A DNA stretch of 64,000 nt from an uncultured Bacteroidota bacterium (GTDB taxonomy: Bacteria > Bacteroidota > Bacteroidia > Chitinophagales > LD1), in the NCBI GenBank assembly GCA_903889265.1, contig CAISWS010000066.1:604-64603 (forward strand). The letters run 5' to 3'. The position numbers and the translations under genes are program-made. Each line of letters opens with the position of its first letter. The first letter of the stretch is position 1. The notes under the pieces were generated by a model, which worked only from the letters and a program-made list of their open reading frames with translations, was not told the origin of the DNA and did no database searches. This document shows, one piece after another, positions 38,716 to 48,725 of the stretch.

Positions 38716-39273
38716 ATGAAATATTCTGTTTTATTATTGGTTGTTGCCGTGGTTACGTTCAGCAGTTGTAATCAGCAAGGGCCCCCTCCCCCGTCTCATG
38801 AGGCGATGAAAGCAAGGATGGATTCATTGCGTAACGATTTGCTTCAAACCGACTTGTCGTTTTCCCAACTTAGCGAACAGAAAGGGCGTAATGCCGCTTT
38901 TATTGCATTTGCAGCTGAACATGCCACCATGCTAAGGCCGTATAGCATGCCGTTAACAGGTAAAGATTCTTTAATCAGTCGTTTCAGTGCACACCCTGAT
39001 ACCGCATACACGCTTACCTGGGTACCCGTAAAGGCAGATGTGGCCCGTTCAGGCGAGCTTGGTTTTACCTATGGCACCTATCAGCTTATTATTAAAAATA
39101 TAGGTAAAGAAGAAGGCACTTACTGCACTGTCTGGAAAAAAGATAAAAACCATAGCTGGAAATTCATTTTGGATACCGGCAACGAAGGCCTGAACGCCGG
39201 TGACGAATCTGCCGATAAGGAGATTAAAGCAGAAGTTAAGCAGGAACAGCAGAAAGAAGCGAAGAAAAAGTAG
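38716..39273 (+). CDS. SnoaL/DUF4440-like lipoprotein
   Basis: Lipobox VTFSSC. An NTF2-like body (GELGFTYGTY....GTYCTVWKKD..W) and a Lys/Glu-rich tail. Confidence 0.5.
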   Translation: MKYSVLLLVVAVVTFSSCNQQGPPPPSHEAMKARMDSLRNDLLQTDLSFSQLSEQKGRNAAFIAFAAEHATMLRPYSMPLTGKDSLISRFSAHPDTAYTLTWVPVKADVARSGELGFTYGTYQLIIKNIGKEEGTYCTVWKKDKNHSWKFILDTGNEGLNAGDESADKEIKAEVKQEQQKEAKKK

Positions 39274-39292
39274 TTAGCTGCCTGATGCTGCT

Positions 39293-40213
39293 ATGAAATA
39301 CCTCTTCCTTTTACTGATGTGTAATTTTTCTTTGTCAGCGCTGACGCAAACGCCACATGTGAATAACGGCACCATACGCAGCTTTCAAAAATTCCAATCG
39401 CAGTACATTCAACCACGCAACATTGATGTGTGGCTGCCCGAAAATTATGACCCCGCTAAAAAGTACGATGTGCTTTACATGCACGATGGCCAGATGCTTT
39501 TTGACAGCACCATCACCTGGAACCACCAATGCTGGAAAGTAGCAGAAACAGCAACGCAGATGTTACAGGGCGGGCGGATAAGAGATTGCATTGTAGTTGG
39601 CATCTGGAATAACGGCGACTACCGGCATGCCGAATATTTTCCGCAAAAAGTACTGGCACTTCTGCCAGAGGCTTTAAGAGATACCGTAATAAACGATGAC
39701 CTGAAAGGAACACCACTGGCAGATAAATACCTGCTATTTATTACGCGCGAGCTAAAGCCGTTTATCGACAGCACTTTTTCTACTTACACCGATAGCACGC
39801 ACACTTTTATTGCAGGTTCAAGCTTGGGCGGGCTTATTTCATTATACGCGGTTTGCGAGTACCCGCATATTTTTGGCGGGGCTATTTGTATGTCAACCCA
39901 TTGGGTAGGCAGTACTAAACATCAAAACTTTATTGCCTTCAGCCAGGCGTTTTGCACTTACCTGAATAACAATTTGCCCAATGGCCAAAACCATAAATTT
40001 TATTTTGACCATGGAGATAAAACGCTGGATAGCCTTTACCGACCGTATCAGGTAGCAGTTAACAGGATAATGAAGGCCAAAGGCTATACACATAAAAACT
40101 GGTTAACCCTGAACTTTCCGGGAGATGACCACTCGGAAAAATCGTGGAGCGCAAGGTTTTTAGGGCCGTTGAGGTTTATGTTGAAGCCTGTTGCTGAATC
40201 GGTTAAAAAGTAA
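39293..40213 (+). CDS. alpha/beta hydrolase, putative esterase family
   Basis: Signal peptide, YDVLYMHDGQMLFD, and the nucleophile elbow GSSLGG. Confidence 0.7.
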   Translation: MKYLFLLLMCNFSLSALTQTPHVNNGTIRSFQKFQSQYIQPRNIDVWLPENYDPAKKYDVLYMHDGQMLFDSTITWNHQCWKVAETATQMLQGGRIRDCIVVGIWNNGDYRHAEYFPQKVLALLPEALRDTVINDDLKGTPLADKYLLFITRELKPFIDSTFSTYTDSTHTFIAGSSLGGLISLYAVCEYPHIFGGAICMSTHWVGSTKHQNFIAFSQAFCTYLNNNLPNGQNHKFYFDHGDKTLDSLYRPYQVAVNRIMKAKGYTHKNWLTLNFPGDDHSEKSWSARFLGPLRFMLKPVAESVKK

Positions 40214-40216
40214 TTT

Positions 40217-41737
40217 TTAATGTCTGAAATGCCTTACCCCGGTAGTTACCATCGCTTGCCCGTTGTTATTGGCTGCCTCAATAGATAGCTTATCGTTTAT
40301 ACTTCCGCCTGGCTGGGAAATGGCTGCAATGCCTGCTTCGTGTGAGATATTCACGCAATCAGGGAAAGGGAAAAAAGCATCGCTGGCCATAACGGCGCCA
40401 TGCAAATCAAAACCGAACTCTTTGGCTTTTTTAATGGCACCCTGCAATGCGTCAATACGCGATGTTTGTCCGCAACCCATGCCTGCCAATTGCTTGTTTT
40501 TTACCAGGGCAATGCCGTTTGATTTGAGGTGCTTAACAGCTATTACTGCAAAAGTAAGGTCTGCAATTTGCTGTTCGGTGGGTGCTACGTTAGTAACCAC
40601 TTTAAATTCGCTTTTGCCTTCAGCTTTAGTATCAGCATCCTGTTCAAGCACTCCATTCAGCAGGTTTTTGAAAGTTTTGGTAACCGGCGCTTTTGCCTTT
40701 TGCCGAATAATAATGCGGTTCTTTTTTGATTTAAGAATCGTCAAAGCATCATCGTCGTAAGCCGGTGCAATCAGCACTTCAAAAAAAAGTGTATTCATTT
40801 CAGTGGCAGTAGCCACATCAATTTTTCTGTTAGCTGCAATAACACCTCCAAATGCCGAGGTAGTATCACAGGCAAAAGCAGCTTTGTAGGCCTCACTGAT
40901 ATTATCGCGGCTTGCAAGTCCGCAACTGTTGGTGTGTTTAATTATGGCCACGGTTGGCGCTTCAAATTCAGCCACCAGGTTAATGGCGGCATCTACATCC
41001 ACCAGGTTATTGTACGATAACTCCTTGCCGTTTAAAATATCAAACAACTCGTTTAGGTCGCCGTAGAATACGCCACGCTGATGCGGGTTTTCGCCGTAGC
41101 GCAATACTTTTCCGTTTAGTTCACTCTTTTTAAATACTTCGAAATTGTAGCTGCGGTTAAAGTAGTTAAAAATCAAAGTATCGTAATGCGATGAAGTCAT
41201 AAAGGCGCGGGCGGCAAAACGTTTGCGGTCTTCAATATCCGAAACGCCGTTTTTGGTTTGTATTAACTCAAGCAAATGGCCGTAATCGCTTTGTGATGAT
41301 ACTATTACTGTGTCCTTAAAATTTTTAGCCGCGGCGCGGATCAGGGAGATACCACCGATGTCAATCTTCTCAATAATTTCTTCTTCGCTTTTGCCGGCTT
41401 TAACGGTTTCTTCAAACGGATACAGGTCTACTATTACAAGGTCAATTTCGGGTATTTCAAATTTTTTCATTTCGGCCAGGTCGGTCGGGTTATCGCGTCT
41501 GCCTAAAATGCCGCCAAAAATTTTGGGATGAAGGGTTTTTACACGCCCACCTAAAATAGACGGATAAGAGGTAAGGTCTTCAACCGCCGTTACTTTAATG
41601 CCCAGGCCTTCAATAAAGCTTTGCGTGCCACCGGTTGAATATATTTTAACGCCCAGGCGGTCTAACTCCTTAACAATCAGGTCAAGTTTATCTTTGTAAT
41701 ACACGGAAATAAGGGCTGATTGAATTTTTTTGCTCAT
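40217..41737 (-). CDS. purH: bifunctional AICAR formyltransferase / IMP cyclohydrolase PurH
   Basis: 506 aa. ALISVYYKDKL...YSTGGT, KTLHPKI.GGIL and the C-terminal TGVRHFRH. Confidence 0.95.
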   Translation of the reverse strand: MSKKIQSALISVYYKDKLDLIVKELDRLGVKIYSTGGTQSFIEGLGIKVTAVEDLTSYPSILGGRVKTLHPKIFGGILGRRDNPTDLAEMKKFEIPEIDLVIVDLYPFEETVKAGKSEEEIIEKIDIGGISLIRAAAKNFKDTVIVSSQSDYGHLLELIQTKNGVSDIEDRKRFAARAFMTSSHYDTLIFNYFNRSYNFEVFKKSELNGKVLRYGENPHQRGVFYGDLNELFDILNGKELSYNNLVDVDAAINLVAEFEAPTVAIIKHTNSCGLASRDNISEAYKAAFACDTTSAFGGVIAANRKIDVATATEMNTLFFEVLIAPAYDDDALTILKSKKNRIIIRQKAKAPVTKTFKNLLNGVLEQDADTKAEGKSEFKVVTNVAPTEQQIADLTFAVIAVKHLKSNGIALVKNKQLAGMGCGQTSRIDALQGAIKKAKEFGFDLHGAVMASDAFFPFPDCVNISHEAGIAAISQPGGSINDKLSIEAANNNGQAMVTTGVRHFRH

Positions 41738-41762
41738 AATGGAAGGATTGTAATAATGCGCG

Positions 41763-41770
41763 CAAAAATA
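41763..41770 (-). promoter_or_regulatory. candidate Bacteroidota -7 promoter box for purH
   Basis: The minus strand reads TATTTTTG (TAnnTTTG consensus) about 25 nt upstream of the purH ATG. A TTTG lies 16 nt further upstream. Confidence 0.35.
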
Positions 41771-41913
41771 CCCGCAAGCAAATAAGCAAAACGGAATATT
41801 ATAAACGGCTGTTGATTACGGGGGAAATGTCCGATTTCATTTTCGCATGGAGTAATTAATAAGGACGAGCCTGAAACTGTTTTAAAAATTACAACAGCCC
41901 TTCACACAAAGGC

Positions 41914-41987
41914 CGCAAAGCGCATCGCAAAGCTAATTTGCCTTACTCTGCGGTTCTTTGCGTTGTATTTTCTTCGCGCGCTTTGCG
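41914..41987 (-). terminator. nested GCAAAG/CTTTGC hairpin downstream of purN
   Basis: Outer perfect 10-bp stem: CGCAAAGCGC (41914-41923) with GCGCTTTGCG (41978-41987). Inner perfect 7-bp stem: CGCAAAG (41926-41932) with CTTTGCG (41956-41962). Confidence 0.45.
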
Positions 41988-42066
41988 TGAACCTGTATAG
42001 AAAACCAACTATGTGCAATACTTGTCATTGGCAGAGAAAACAGCCGGAGAATACAGGGTTAAATAA

Positions 42067-42630
42067 TTACAAAAGCAACTTTTCAATGGTTCGGGGAAAC
42101 CACTCATGCTCCAATACTTGCACTTTAAGAGCTATTGTTTCAGGCGTATCGCTTTTATCTATGGTTGTGGCCTTTTGTAAAATCACTTCGCCCTCGTCGT
42201 AATTCTCGTTTACAAAATGGATGGTAATGCCCGTTTCAGCGTCACCTTGGCTTAATACCGCCTCATGCACTTTTATGCCATACATGCCTTTACCACCGTA
42301 TTTGGGTAATAGGGCCGGGTGTATATTAATAATGCGTTGCGGAAAGCGCTCTAACAGATATGCAGGAATCAATTGCAGAAAACCTGCCAGTACTATCATG
42401 TCAATATTTAAAGCAGCTATAAGGCGCCCCAGTATTTCAGGGTCGTTCAGTGCATTCTTGCTTACAATAGCTGATATTATTTTGTTGCTGTGGGCAATTT
42501 TTATAACTCCTGCCTCAGGATTATTGGTAACCACCAAAGCAACATTTACTGATGGGTGGCCCTTAAAATATCCGATAATAGCTTCGGTATTGCTTCCGTT
42601 GCCGCTGGCGAAAATTGCAATGTGTTTCAT
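42067..42630 (-). CDS. purN: phosphoribosylglycinamide formyltransferase PurN
   Basis: MKHIAIFASGNGSNTEAII, INIHPALLPKYGG and the length (187 aa). Confidence 0.9.
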   Translation of the reverse strand: MKHIAIFASGNGSNTEAIIGYFKGHPSVNVALVVTNNPEAGVIKIAHSNKIISAIVSKNALNDPEILGRLIAALNIDMIVLAGFLQLIPAYLLERFPQRIINIHPALLPKYGGKGMYGIKVHEAVLSQGDAETGITIHFVNENYDEGEVILQKATTIDKSDTPETIALKVQVLEHEWFPRTIEKLLL

Positions 42631-42633
42631 TCC

Positions 42634-42727
42634 GTGTTCAGGTATTCAGGTGTTTAAGTGTTCAGGTAAAACGGGTGCAATGATACGCATAAACCTGCGC
42701 ACTTGAACACATGAACACCTGCGCACC
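42634..42727. repeat. 34-bp imperfect inverted repeat built from GTGTTCAGGT-like units
   Basis: The left arm (42634-42667) and the reverse complement of the right arm (42693-42727) match at 27 of 34 positions by hand alignment. It lies between the stop of the 1882-aa adhesin gene and the purN start, so it is probably the adhesin gene's terminator. Confidence 0.5.
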
Positions 42728-42734
42728 TTTCGCT

Positions 42735-45700
42735 TTATCTTACAACAAAACTTCTTACCTCTGTATCATCGTTATAACGCACTCGAATATAGTATTCGGC
42801 ACTTTGAAGCTGAGCTACCGGAATAATATAATTGGTGCGGCCAACCGGCAGATTAAAAGATGCTTCGGGAACCACTGGTTTGCCAAGTTCGTCTATAATA
42901 GAAATATAGACTTTGCCAGCCTGTGGTAAAATTATACCCAGCAGCGCATTGGTAATTGCAGGATTTGGCATGGGCCCGGCCAGCTGCATATTACCGGTTA
43001 ACGAAGCACAGTTTTGATTATTGGTGGTGTCAACCTCAGCTTCGCCGCCGTTTACATCCCGGGCGCTAACACAAACATAGGTATTGCCCGCCCCTTCAGG
43101 CACCACAAATTGCGCCGGGAAGGTATCTAAAATGGTTTGGCCCGAAAGCAGGTAACCACTCCAGTTTTGTTCCATAATGCCGGTGCCTCCAAGCGAGGCA
43201 TAAAGCTGGGCGGAGTTAATAATGCGCGTCCCCACGTTACTTATCAGTGCCGTTAAGGTTACCAGCTGGCTTCCATCGGGTTGCGTAACGCTGATGGTGC
43301 CTACTCTTTCAACCGCAATATCAAGCGTGGTTGGTAAAACAGTTAACAGGCGCGAAAGCGAATCAAAACATCCGTAATTGTTGTAAGCGTAAAGTACCAC
43401 ATTATAATCGCCGTTCTGGTTATACGTGTATGCCGGAGGGTTGATATAGGGCGAATCGGTAGTAACCGAATTGCCATCGCCAAAATACCAGGTAAAATTA
43501 GTCGCTCCCGAACTTCTGTTGCTAAAAGTTACCTGTAATGGCGCACTGCCATATAAAGGGTTAAAAACAAACAATGCGGTTGGAACCGGTGCCACGTCAA
43601 AGGTTTTGGTAACAGAATCAACACAGCCTTCGGAAGATTTAACTGTGAGGCTTACACTTTCCGGCCCCGTGGTGTGGAATACAACAGAAGGCGATGGCAA
43701 ATGACTAATATTTCCTCCAATATTCCAGCTCCATTGCACCAGGGTATCACCATAGGCAAAACTGCTGTCAATGGGTGCATACGCCTGATTTACACAAACA
43801 GGCAAATTGGTAAAATCGGCCAGTGGCTTTTGAACTATCTTAACCTGCCGGTTGAGTGTAGAAATACAGCCTATAGCATTTTCAACCTGCAGCTCCACAT
43901 CATATGTCCCGGGCTGCTGATAAGTTATCTGGGCGGTTGGGGAGTAAGCATAAGGCCCGTCGCCGTTTTCGCGGAACTTCCATACTCTTGAAACTATAGA
44001 TAAGGATTGTGTAAGGTCGGTGAAAGTAGTAGGGTCGCCCAGGCAGTGGTTTTCGTTGCTGAACACTGCCGTAAATGGTGGGTTCACATCTATTTGTTCC
44101 GTTACAGAGTCCGCGCACCCCAATGCATTCACAACCTCTAACGTAACCGTATAAATACCCTGTTGCGGAAAACTATACTGAATGGTTGCAGCCGAATCAG
44201 GATTTACCGCGCCATTAAATTTCCAGATACGCTCTGTAATTGCCGAGCCGCCTTCAGCCTGGCTGGTATCGGTAAACTGCGCAGATGAACTGCTGCCCGC
44301 ACACAAAATATAAGGATATAAACTGTTATTGGCCGAATCGATATATCCTACATTAGGCGATGGCAGAATAGTAATATGCTGTGTTTTGATACCTATGCAG
44401 CCCGAATCAGTGGTAATTTTTAAGGTAACCGTATAGTTTCCATAACCATAATCTAACCGGTACGAGGTTTGCCCGTTAACGGTGGTATCCGTTGATGGAA
44501 TGCCACCGCCGTAACTCCAGTTGTACGAATTGATATTATCATTAGCCGCAGCAACCGATAAATCCTGAAAATAAGTAGCGTTGCTGAGGCATAGGTTAGG
44601 TATTGTAAAGTTGGTTACCGGTGCCTGGGCATGTGTGGTTACATAAGCCGAATCTAAATTGCGGCAGCCTTTATTGTCAACAGTATACAGATAATACAAT
44701 CCTGCACTGTCAATAGTTGGTGCCGACATGGTATCCATAGGGAAGGCCATAGGGCTCCATAAAAACGAATCAATAACATAAGGCACCGTATTAATAATAA
44801 GGGTGCCAAATTTGCAAATCGTATCATAAGCGGGCACCACCTGCACATTATAGAAGGTATCTATTATTAAAGGTATTTTGGGGGTGATGATAGAACAACT
44901 GGAGGCATCGCTGATTTTGGTATAATAGTAACCGGCCTTATAAGGATGTATAACATTTGAATTGATATTCAGGTTGGCGTAAGTGCCGCCCGCGGTGGCA
45001 CTGTAATACCAGTTGTAAGTATAGGATGTGGGCTGGTTAATAAGCTGCACCATTTGCCCGGTATCGCCGTGGCAAACAAATAAAGTATCCGGGTTACTGC
45101 CCCGGTAAGGCAATGTAACGTGTATACTATCAAAACTGGTATGATTAAATACATCAACCGCACTTACCCAATAAGTGCCGCCCTGCGTAACATTTAAAGT
45201 ATCAGAAGTTGCACCGGTACTCCACAGGTATGAAACGAACCGGTTGCCGGTGCGCAGGGTAACCGGGCAAAGGCTGTAATTTTGCACTATATCAGGCCCC
45301 AGGTTTACCGGTGGGGCATACTTGTTGAACAGATATTGATTTACCTGTGCCTGCTCTGCCGGATTAAGCAAAGTATTAAAAATAATAACTTCCGCAATTT
45401 CACCGTTCAGGTAACCGTAAGGCACATTGCCGCTGTAAGGATCAAGGCCCGCCGGATGGCCCAGGCTGAAAGCACTGTCGTAAAAAAAGTTGATGGTATT
45501 ATAGTTGTAATTTACGGTATCGTAAACTCCATTGGTATCAATCCGTGCAAAAGAACCGTAACTTTTCACTACACCATAAAGGTGGTACGGACATGCCGCA
45601 CCTGCCGGCATCGCAGCCTGATCGTTCAATATTGGCGGATTTGACCCGTGATTTAAGGCACTGTTATTTTCATAATTATTAATTATAGCAAAACCTGCGC

Positions 45701-48383
45701 CTCTTTCAATCCACAAGCCGCTGTTTAGTCCCCCTATAGTAAATATACCACCCGGTTCGCCGCTCGGTAACGGCCCATCGGCTCTGGCAACAATAAATAT
45801 GCTAAGTGAATTTTGGTCAGTGCTGCCATTCGGCCCCAGCCCGGCTATAGGGTTCCCCGTCATTACATTATTGTTGCCAAACTTAATTGAGGGCATATAA
45901 TTGAGTAAAGGAACCTGGTTTATAAACGTAGGCTCTGCAGCACCGGCAGCAGTGGCACTGTCATTGCTGGGGCTTTGGTCCATCCATTTAATTACATTAC
46001 CCCCGCTGGCAACAACGCCCATATCAGCCCTTAACCAAAATGCAATATTGCCGCCCGCAATATTAGCTGGTGACATTATATATACCGTGTCAAAGCCAAC
46101 TGATGAATTGGGTACGCCGCAGGGATTAACAGCACTTACCTTCCAGTAATAGGTTTGATTGCTGGCCAGGGTTACTTTTTTCTGGTTGGTATAGATATTA
46201 TAATAACTGCTGTCGGTTATTGGAAAAGAGGGGTCAGTCGACACAAAGAGGTCGTAATACAAAGCACCTGCAGATGATGCCCATTTAAAAGTAACTACCG
46301 TATCGGCTGAAATGGAGCCACTTGCCGGGAACTGAAGCACCGGTGCAGAGGGCACATTGGATGGCAGCTGCACTATAATACTATCAACACTGTCAATAGC
46401 CATACAGCCGTTTGCCTGTGTAATGGTGAGTCTAACATGAAAGGTATCAACCGAGCCATAGGTGAAAGAAGGATTAATAGAAGATGAGGTGTCAGTAGCC
46501 GTATTATCAAACTGCCAGTAATAACTACTTATGGTTTGCCCGGGCGCAGGAGCACTTAGGTTATCAAAAGTAAAAGTAATGGCATCGCAGGCTATGCTGC
46601 TTTGGTACGCGGCAGTTGGCAACGCATTAACAACCAGGGGAATTATGGAATCATTAACACAGCCATGGATGGTGTCGGTAACCGTTAATTTTACCAGGAA
46701 AGTGTCGGCTGCCAGATAATTATGAGATGCAAAACGGCCGGTTCCCGTGCCGCCATCGCCAAATGCCCAGGCATACTTTACGTTTACACTATCGGAATTG
46801 TTATAGGGGCTATAAGGCAGGCCCTGGCAAACCGGGGTGGTGGTAAAGTTTACATGCGGAGCCGTGCCTGCTATAGTTACGGTTACGCTGGCGCTGCCGC
46901 TGCAACCTATAGCATCAGTAACCGTAACTGAATATGCGGCCGGAGTGTTTACCCATATCAGGCTGTCAACACTGCCGGTCGACCATAAAAAATGTAACTG
47001 GTTCCAGGGTTCAACCGGTGTTACAAGGCTTAATCTATTACCCGAACAAAGCGTGGTAGCAGAGCCTAACGATACCGTGCTTTTAAAATTATCCACCGAT
47101 ACCACTTCAGCGTTTGTTGTTACCGAGCAGCTGGTATTTAATGCGTCCGTTACTACAACTTTATAAGTGCCGGCAACTCCTACTTTAATAGAGTCAGTGG
47201 TTTGATTACCAGGGTTCCATTTAAAAGTATAATTACTAAATGATGGCACATTGGGAACTAATTCAAGGCTATCGCCCACGCATACTGTTGCTGTTGGATT
47301 TAACGAGAGTGTGGGGAAAGTAACGGTAGTAGTATCGTATTGGTAGGCACCAAAAGCATCTTTAATGATTACCGAATAGGTGCCCGATGTGCTTACTGAA
47401 ATTGAATTTGTTGTTGCCCCCGTACTCCATGTATAAGAAACAAAACCCGTTGGCGCTGTTAAAGGCAATGCGCAAAGCCCATGGGTAATAGTGGTATCGC
47501 GCGGGCCAATATGCACAGTGGGCGAATATTTGGTTCCCAGATAGCTTTCTACCTGTGCAATTTGGGCTCCGTTTAAGCAAGTATCAAAAAGAATGATTTC
47601 GGCTATTTCGCCATTAAAGTAACCATCCGGAGAAGCATAGCCGGGAGAAAGTCCGATGTTATATGTGCCATTTGTGAATGTGCCGTTAACAATTGCCTGA
47701 TCCGAGCCGCTCAGTCCCGCAGTTGTTGTTGAGGTAACGGTGGAAGTATTAACATCAATTGCAGTGCTTTGGCCTTCAATTTTTCTTACTTCGAACATCT
47801 TATAAGTAGAAGTGCCTGTGCCACCCATACCAGATGAATTAGATAAATATGCTGTTGCTGGGTTTGCGGCATTATTATTCAGATAAAGCGCACCCAAAAA
47901 TGAAAGTCTTTCAAACCACCATCCCGGTACGTTACCCAACCCGTTTAAACTTCCTATCGTAAATATACCCCCGTGGTTTCCAGAGCTATTTCCATCAGCT
48001 TTACAAATGATGAAGGCATAAAGCCCGCAAATGCTTCCGTTATTGTTAAACTGCGTAATTTGCGGGCCGCTTAAAAAAGAAAGATTTGTGGTATTAAATT
48101 TAATCGCTGGTAGTCCATTGAGTGAATTACTGTTAACGGTAGGTTTGCTACCCACTGCACCTGTAGCATCATAGCCATTTCCACTCTGGTCGTGCCAGGT
48201 GGTCACCGAATCGCCCGGACCGTTTGTTACCACACCTACATCTGCTCTCAACCACAAAGTTAAACCCGGTATACCCGATAATGGCGACTGCGCAAATAAA
48301 TTGCAGACGGTCAACATTAAAAATGCTCCAAAAAACAACTTTCTTCTTAAACTCTTTAGCACCCTTTTGTATTTATAACTCAT
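42735..48383 (-). CDS. giant surface protein: 2 LamG-like modules, FN3-like, multiple PKD, CARDB and a T9SS type-A sorting domain
   Basis: 1882 aa with a signal peptide. Two paralogous modules end GYFNGEIAEIILFD...YLGTKYSPTVHIGPRD and GYLNGEIAEVIIFN...YLFNKYAPPVNLGPD. PKD signatures (..W.FGDG..S....P.H.Y...G.Y.V.L). CARDB-like LDIAVERVG...TTNNQNC. The C-terminus reads MPNPAITNALLGII...AEYYIRVRYNDDTE. Confidence 0.85.
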   Translation of the reverse strand: MSYKYKRVLKSLRRKLFFGAFLMLTVCNLFAQSPLSGIPGLTLWLRADVGVVTNGPGDSVTTWHDQSGNGYDATGAVGSKPTVNSNSLNGLPAIKFNTTNLSFLSGPQITQFNNNGSICGLYAFIICKADGNSSGNHGGIFTIGSLNGLGNVPGWWFERLSFLGALYLNNNAANPATAYLSNSSGMGGTGTSTYKMFEVRKIEGQSTAIDVNTSTVTSTTTAGLSGSDQAIVNGTFTNGTYNIGLSPGYASPDGYFNGEIAEIILFDTCLNGAQIAQVESYLGTKYSPTVHIGPRDTTITHGLCALPLTAPTGFVSYTWSTGATTNSISVSTSGTYSVIIKDAFGAYQYDTTTVTFPTLSLNPTATVCVGDSLELVPNVPSFSNYTFKWNPGNQTTDSIKVGVAGTYKVVVTDALNTSCSVTTNAEVVSVDNFKSTVSLGSATTLCSGNRLSLVTPVEPWNQLHFLWSTGSVDSLIWVNTPAAYSVTVTDAIGCSGSASVTVTIAGTAPHVNFTTTPVCQGLPYSPYNNSDSVNVKYAWAFGDGGTGTGRFASHNYLAADTFLVKLTVTDTIHGCVNDSIIPLVVNALPTAAYQSSIACDAITFTFDNLSAPAPGQTISSYYWQFDNTATDTSSSINPSFTYGSVDTFHVRLTITQANGCMAIDSVDSIIVQLPSNVPSAPVLQFPASGSISADTVVTFKWASSAGALYYDLFVSTDPSFPITDSSYYNIYTNQKKVTLASNQTYYWKVSAVNPCGVPNSSVGFDTVYIMSPANIAGGNIAFWLRADMGVVASGGNVIKWMDQSPSNDSATAAGAAEPTFINQVPLLNYMPSIKFGNNNVMTGNPIAGLGPNGSTDQNSLSIFIVARADGPLPSGEPGGIFTIGGLNSGLWIERGAGFAIINNYENNSALNHGSNPPILNDQAAMPAGAACPYHLYGVVKSYGSFARIDTNGVYDTVNYNYNTINFFYDSAFSLGHPAGLDPYSGNVPYGYLNGEIAEVIIFNTLLNPAEQAQVNQYLFNKYAPPVNLGPDIVQNYSLCPVTLRTGNRFVSYLWSTGATSDTLNVTQGGTYWVSAVDVFNHTSFDSIHVTLPYRGSNPDTLFVCHGDTGQMVQLINQPTSYTYNWYYSATAGGTYANLNINSNVIHPYKAGYYYTKISDASSCSIITPKIPLIIDTFYNVQVVPAYDTICKFGTLIINTVPYVIDSFLWSPMAFPMDTMSAPTIDSAGLYYLYTVDNKGCRNLDSAYVTTHAQAPVTNFTIPNLCLSNATYFQDLSVAAANDNINSYNWSYGGGIPSTDTTVNGQTSYRLDYGYGNYTVTLKITTDSGCIGIKTQHITILPSPNVGYIDSANNSLYPYILCAGSSSSAQFTDTSQAEGGSAITERIWKFNGAVNPDSAATIQYSFPQQGIYTVTLEVVNALGCADSVTEQIDVNPPFTAVFSNENHCLGDPTTFTDLTQSLSIVSRVWKFRENGDGPYAYSPTAQITYQQPGTYDVELQVENAIGCISTLNRQVKIVQKPLADFTNLPVCVNQAYAPIDSSFAYGDTLVQWSWNIGGNISHLPSPSVVFHTTGPESVSLTVKSSEGCVDSVTKTFDVAPVPTALFVFNPLYGSAPLQVTFSNRSSGATNFTWYFGDGNSVTTDSPYINPPAYTYNQNGDYNVVLYAYNNYGCFDSLSRLLTVLPTTLDIAVERVGTISVTQPDGSQLVTLTALISNVGTRIINSAQLYASLGGTGIMEQNWSGYLLSGQTILDTFPAQFVVPEGAGNTYVCVSARDVNGGEAEVDTTNNQNCASLTGNMQLAGPMPNPAITNALLGIILPQAGKVYISIIDELGKPVVPEASFNLPVGRTNYIIPVAQLQSAEYYIRVRYNDDTEVRSFVVR

Positions 48384-48725
48384 CCAATTTACTAAAAACC
48401 ACTTTAATATTAAAATTACGCCTTTATTAAGTCAATCCTTCCCTTTTATCACAAAAGGCGTGCATTGTAAATAACAGTCTATACCATTACGGGCATTTTA
48501 AGGAAATGTTCCATAAACAGGCCTGCAAAAGGCATAATTTGTGGGGGATATTACGACTTTAACCTTTTACCTTACTTCAATATTATAGCTTACAAACAGT
48601 AATAGGCCCTAAAAGCCGGGAATTTTTCCAACGCTGGTTTAAGTATGATTAATATATCGTACGGTTTTTGCAAAGCACAACCAGCGCCAAACACTCAGGC
48701 TATGCTTTTGCTAAGTAAAGTGTCA

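Noticed and set aside
41738-42066. Possible ZTP (pfl) riboswitch upstream of purH.
   Set aside because: I read the minus strand of the whole spacer. It has no CCGCCTGGGC-type 3' subdomain and no GGGTCGTGACTGGCG-like 5' subdomain.
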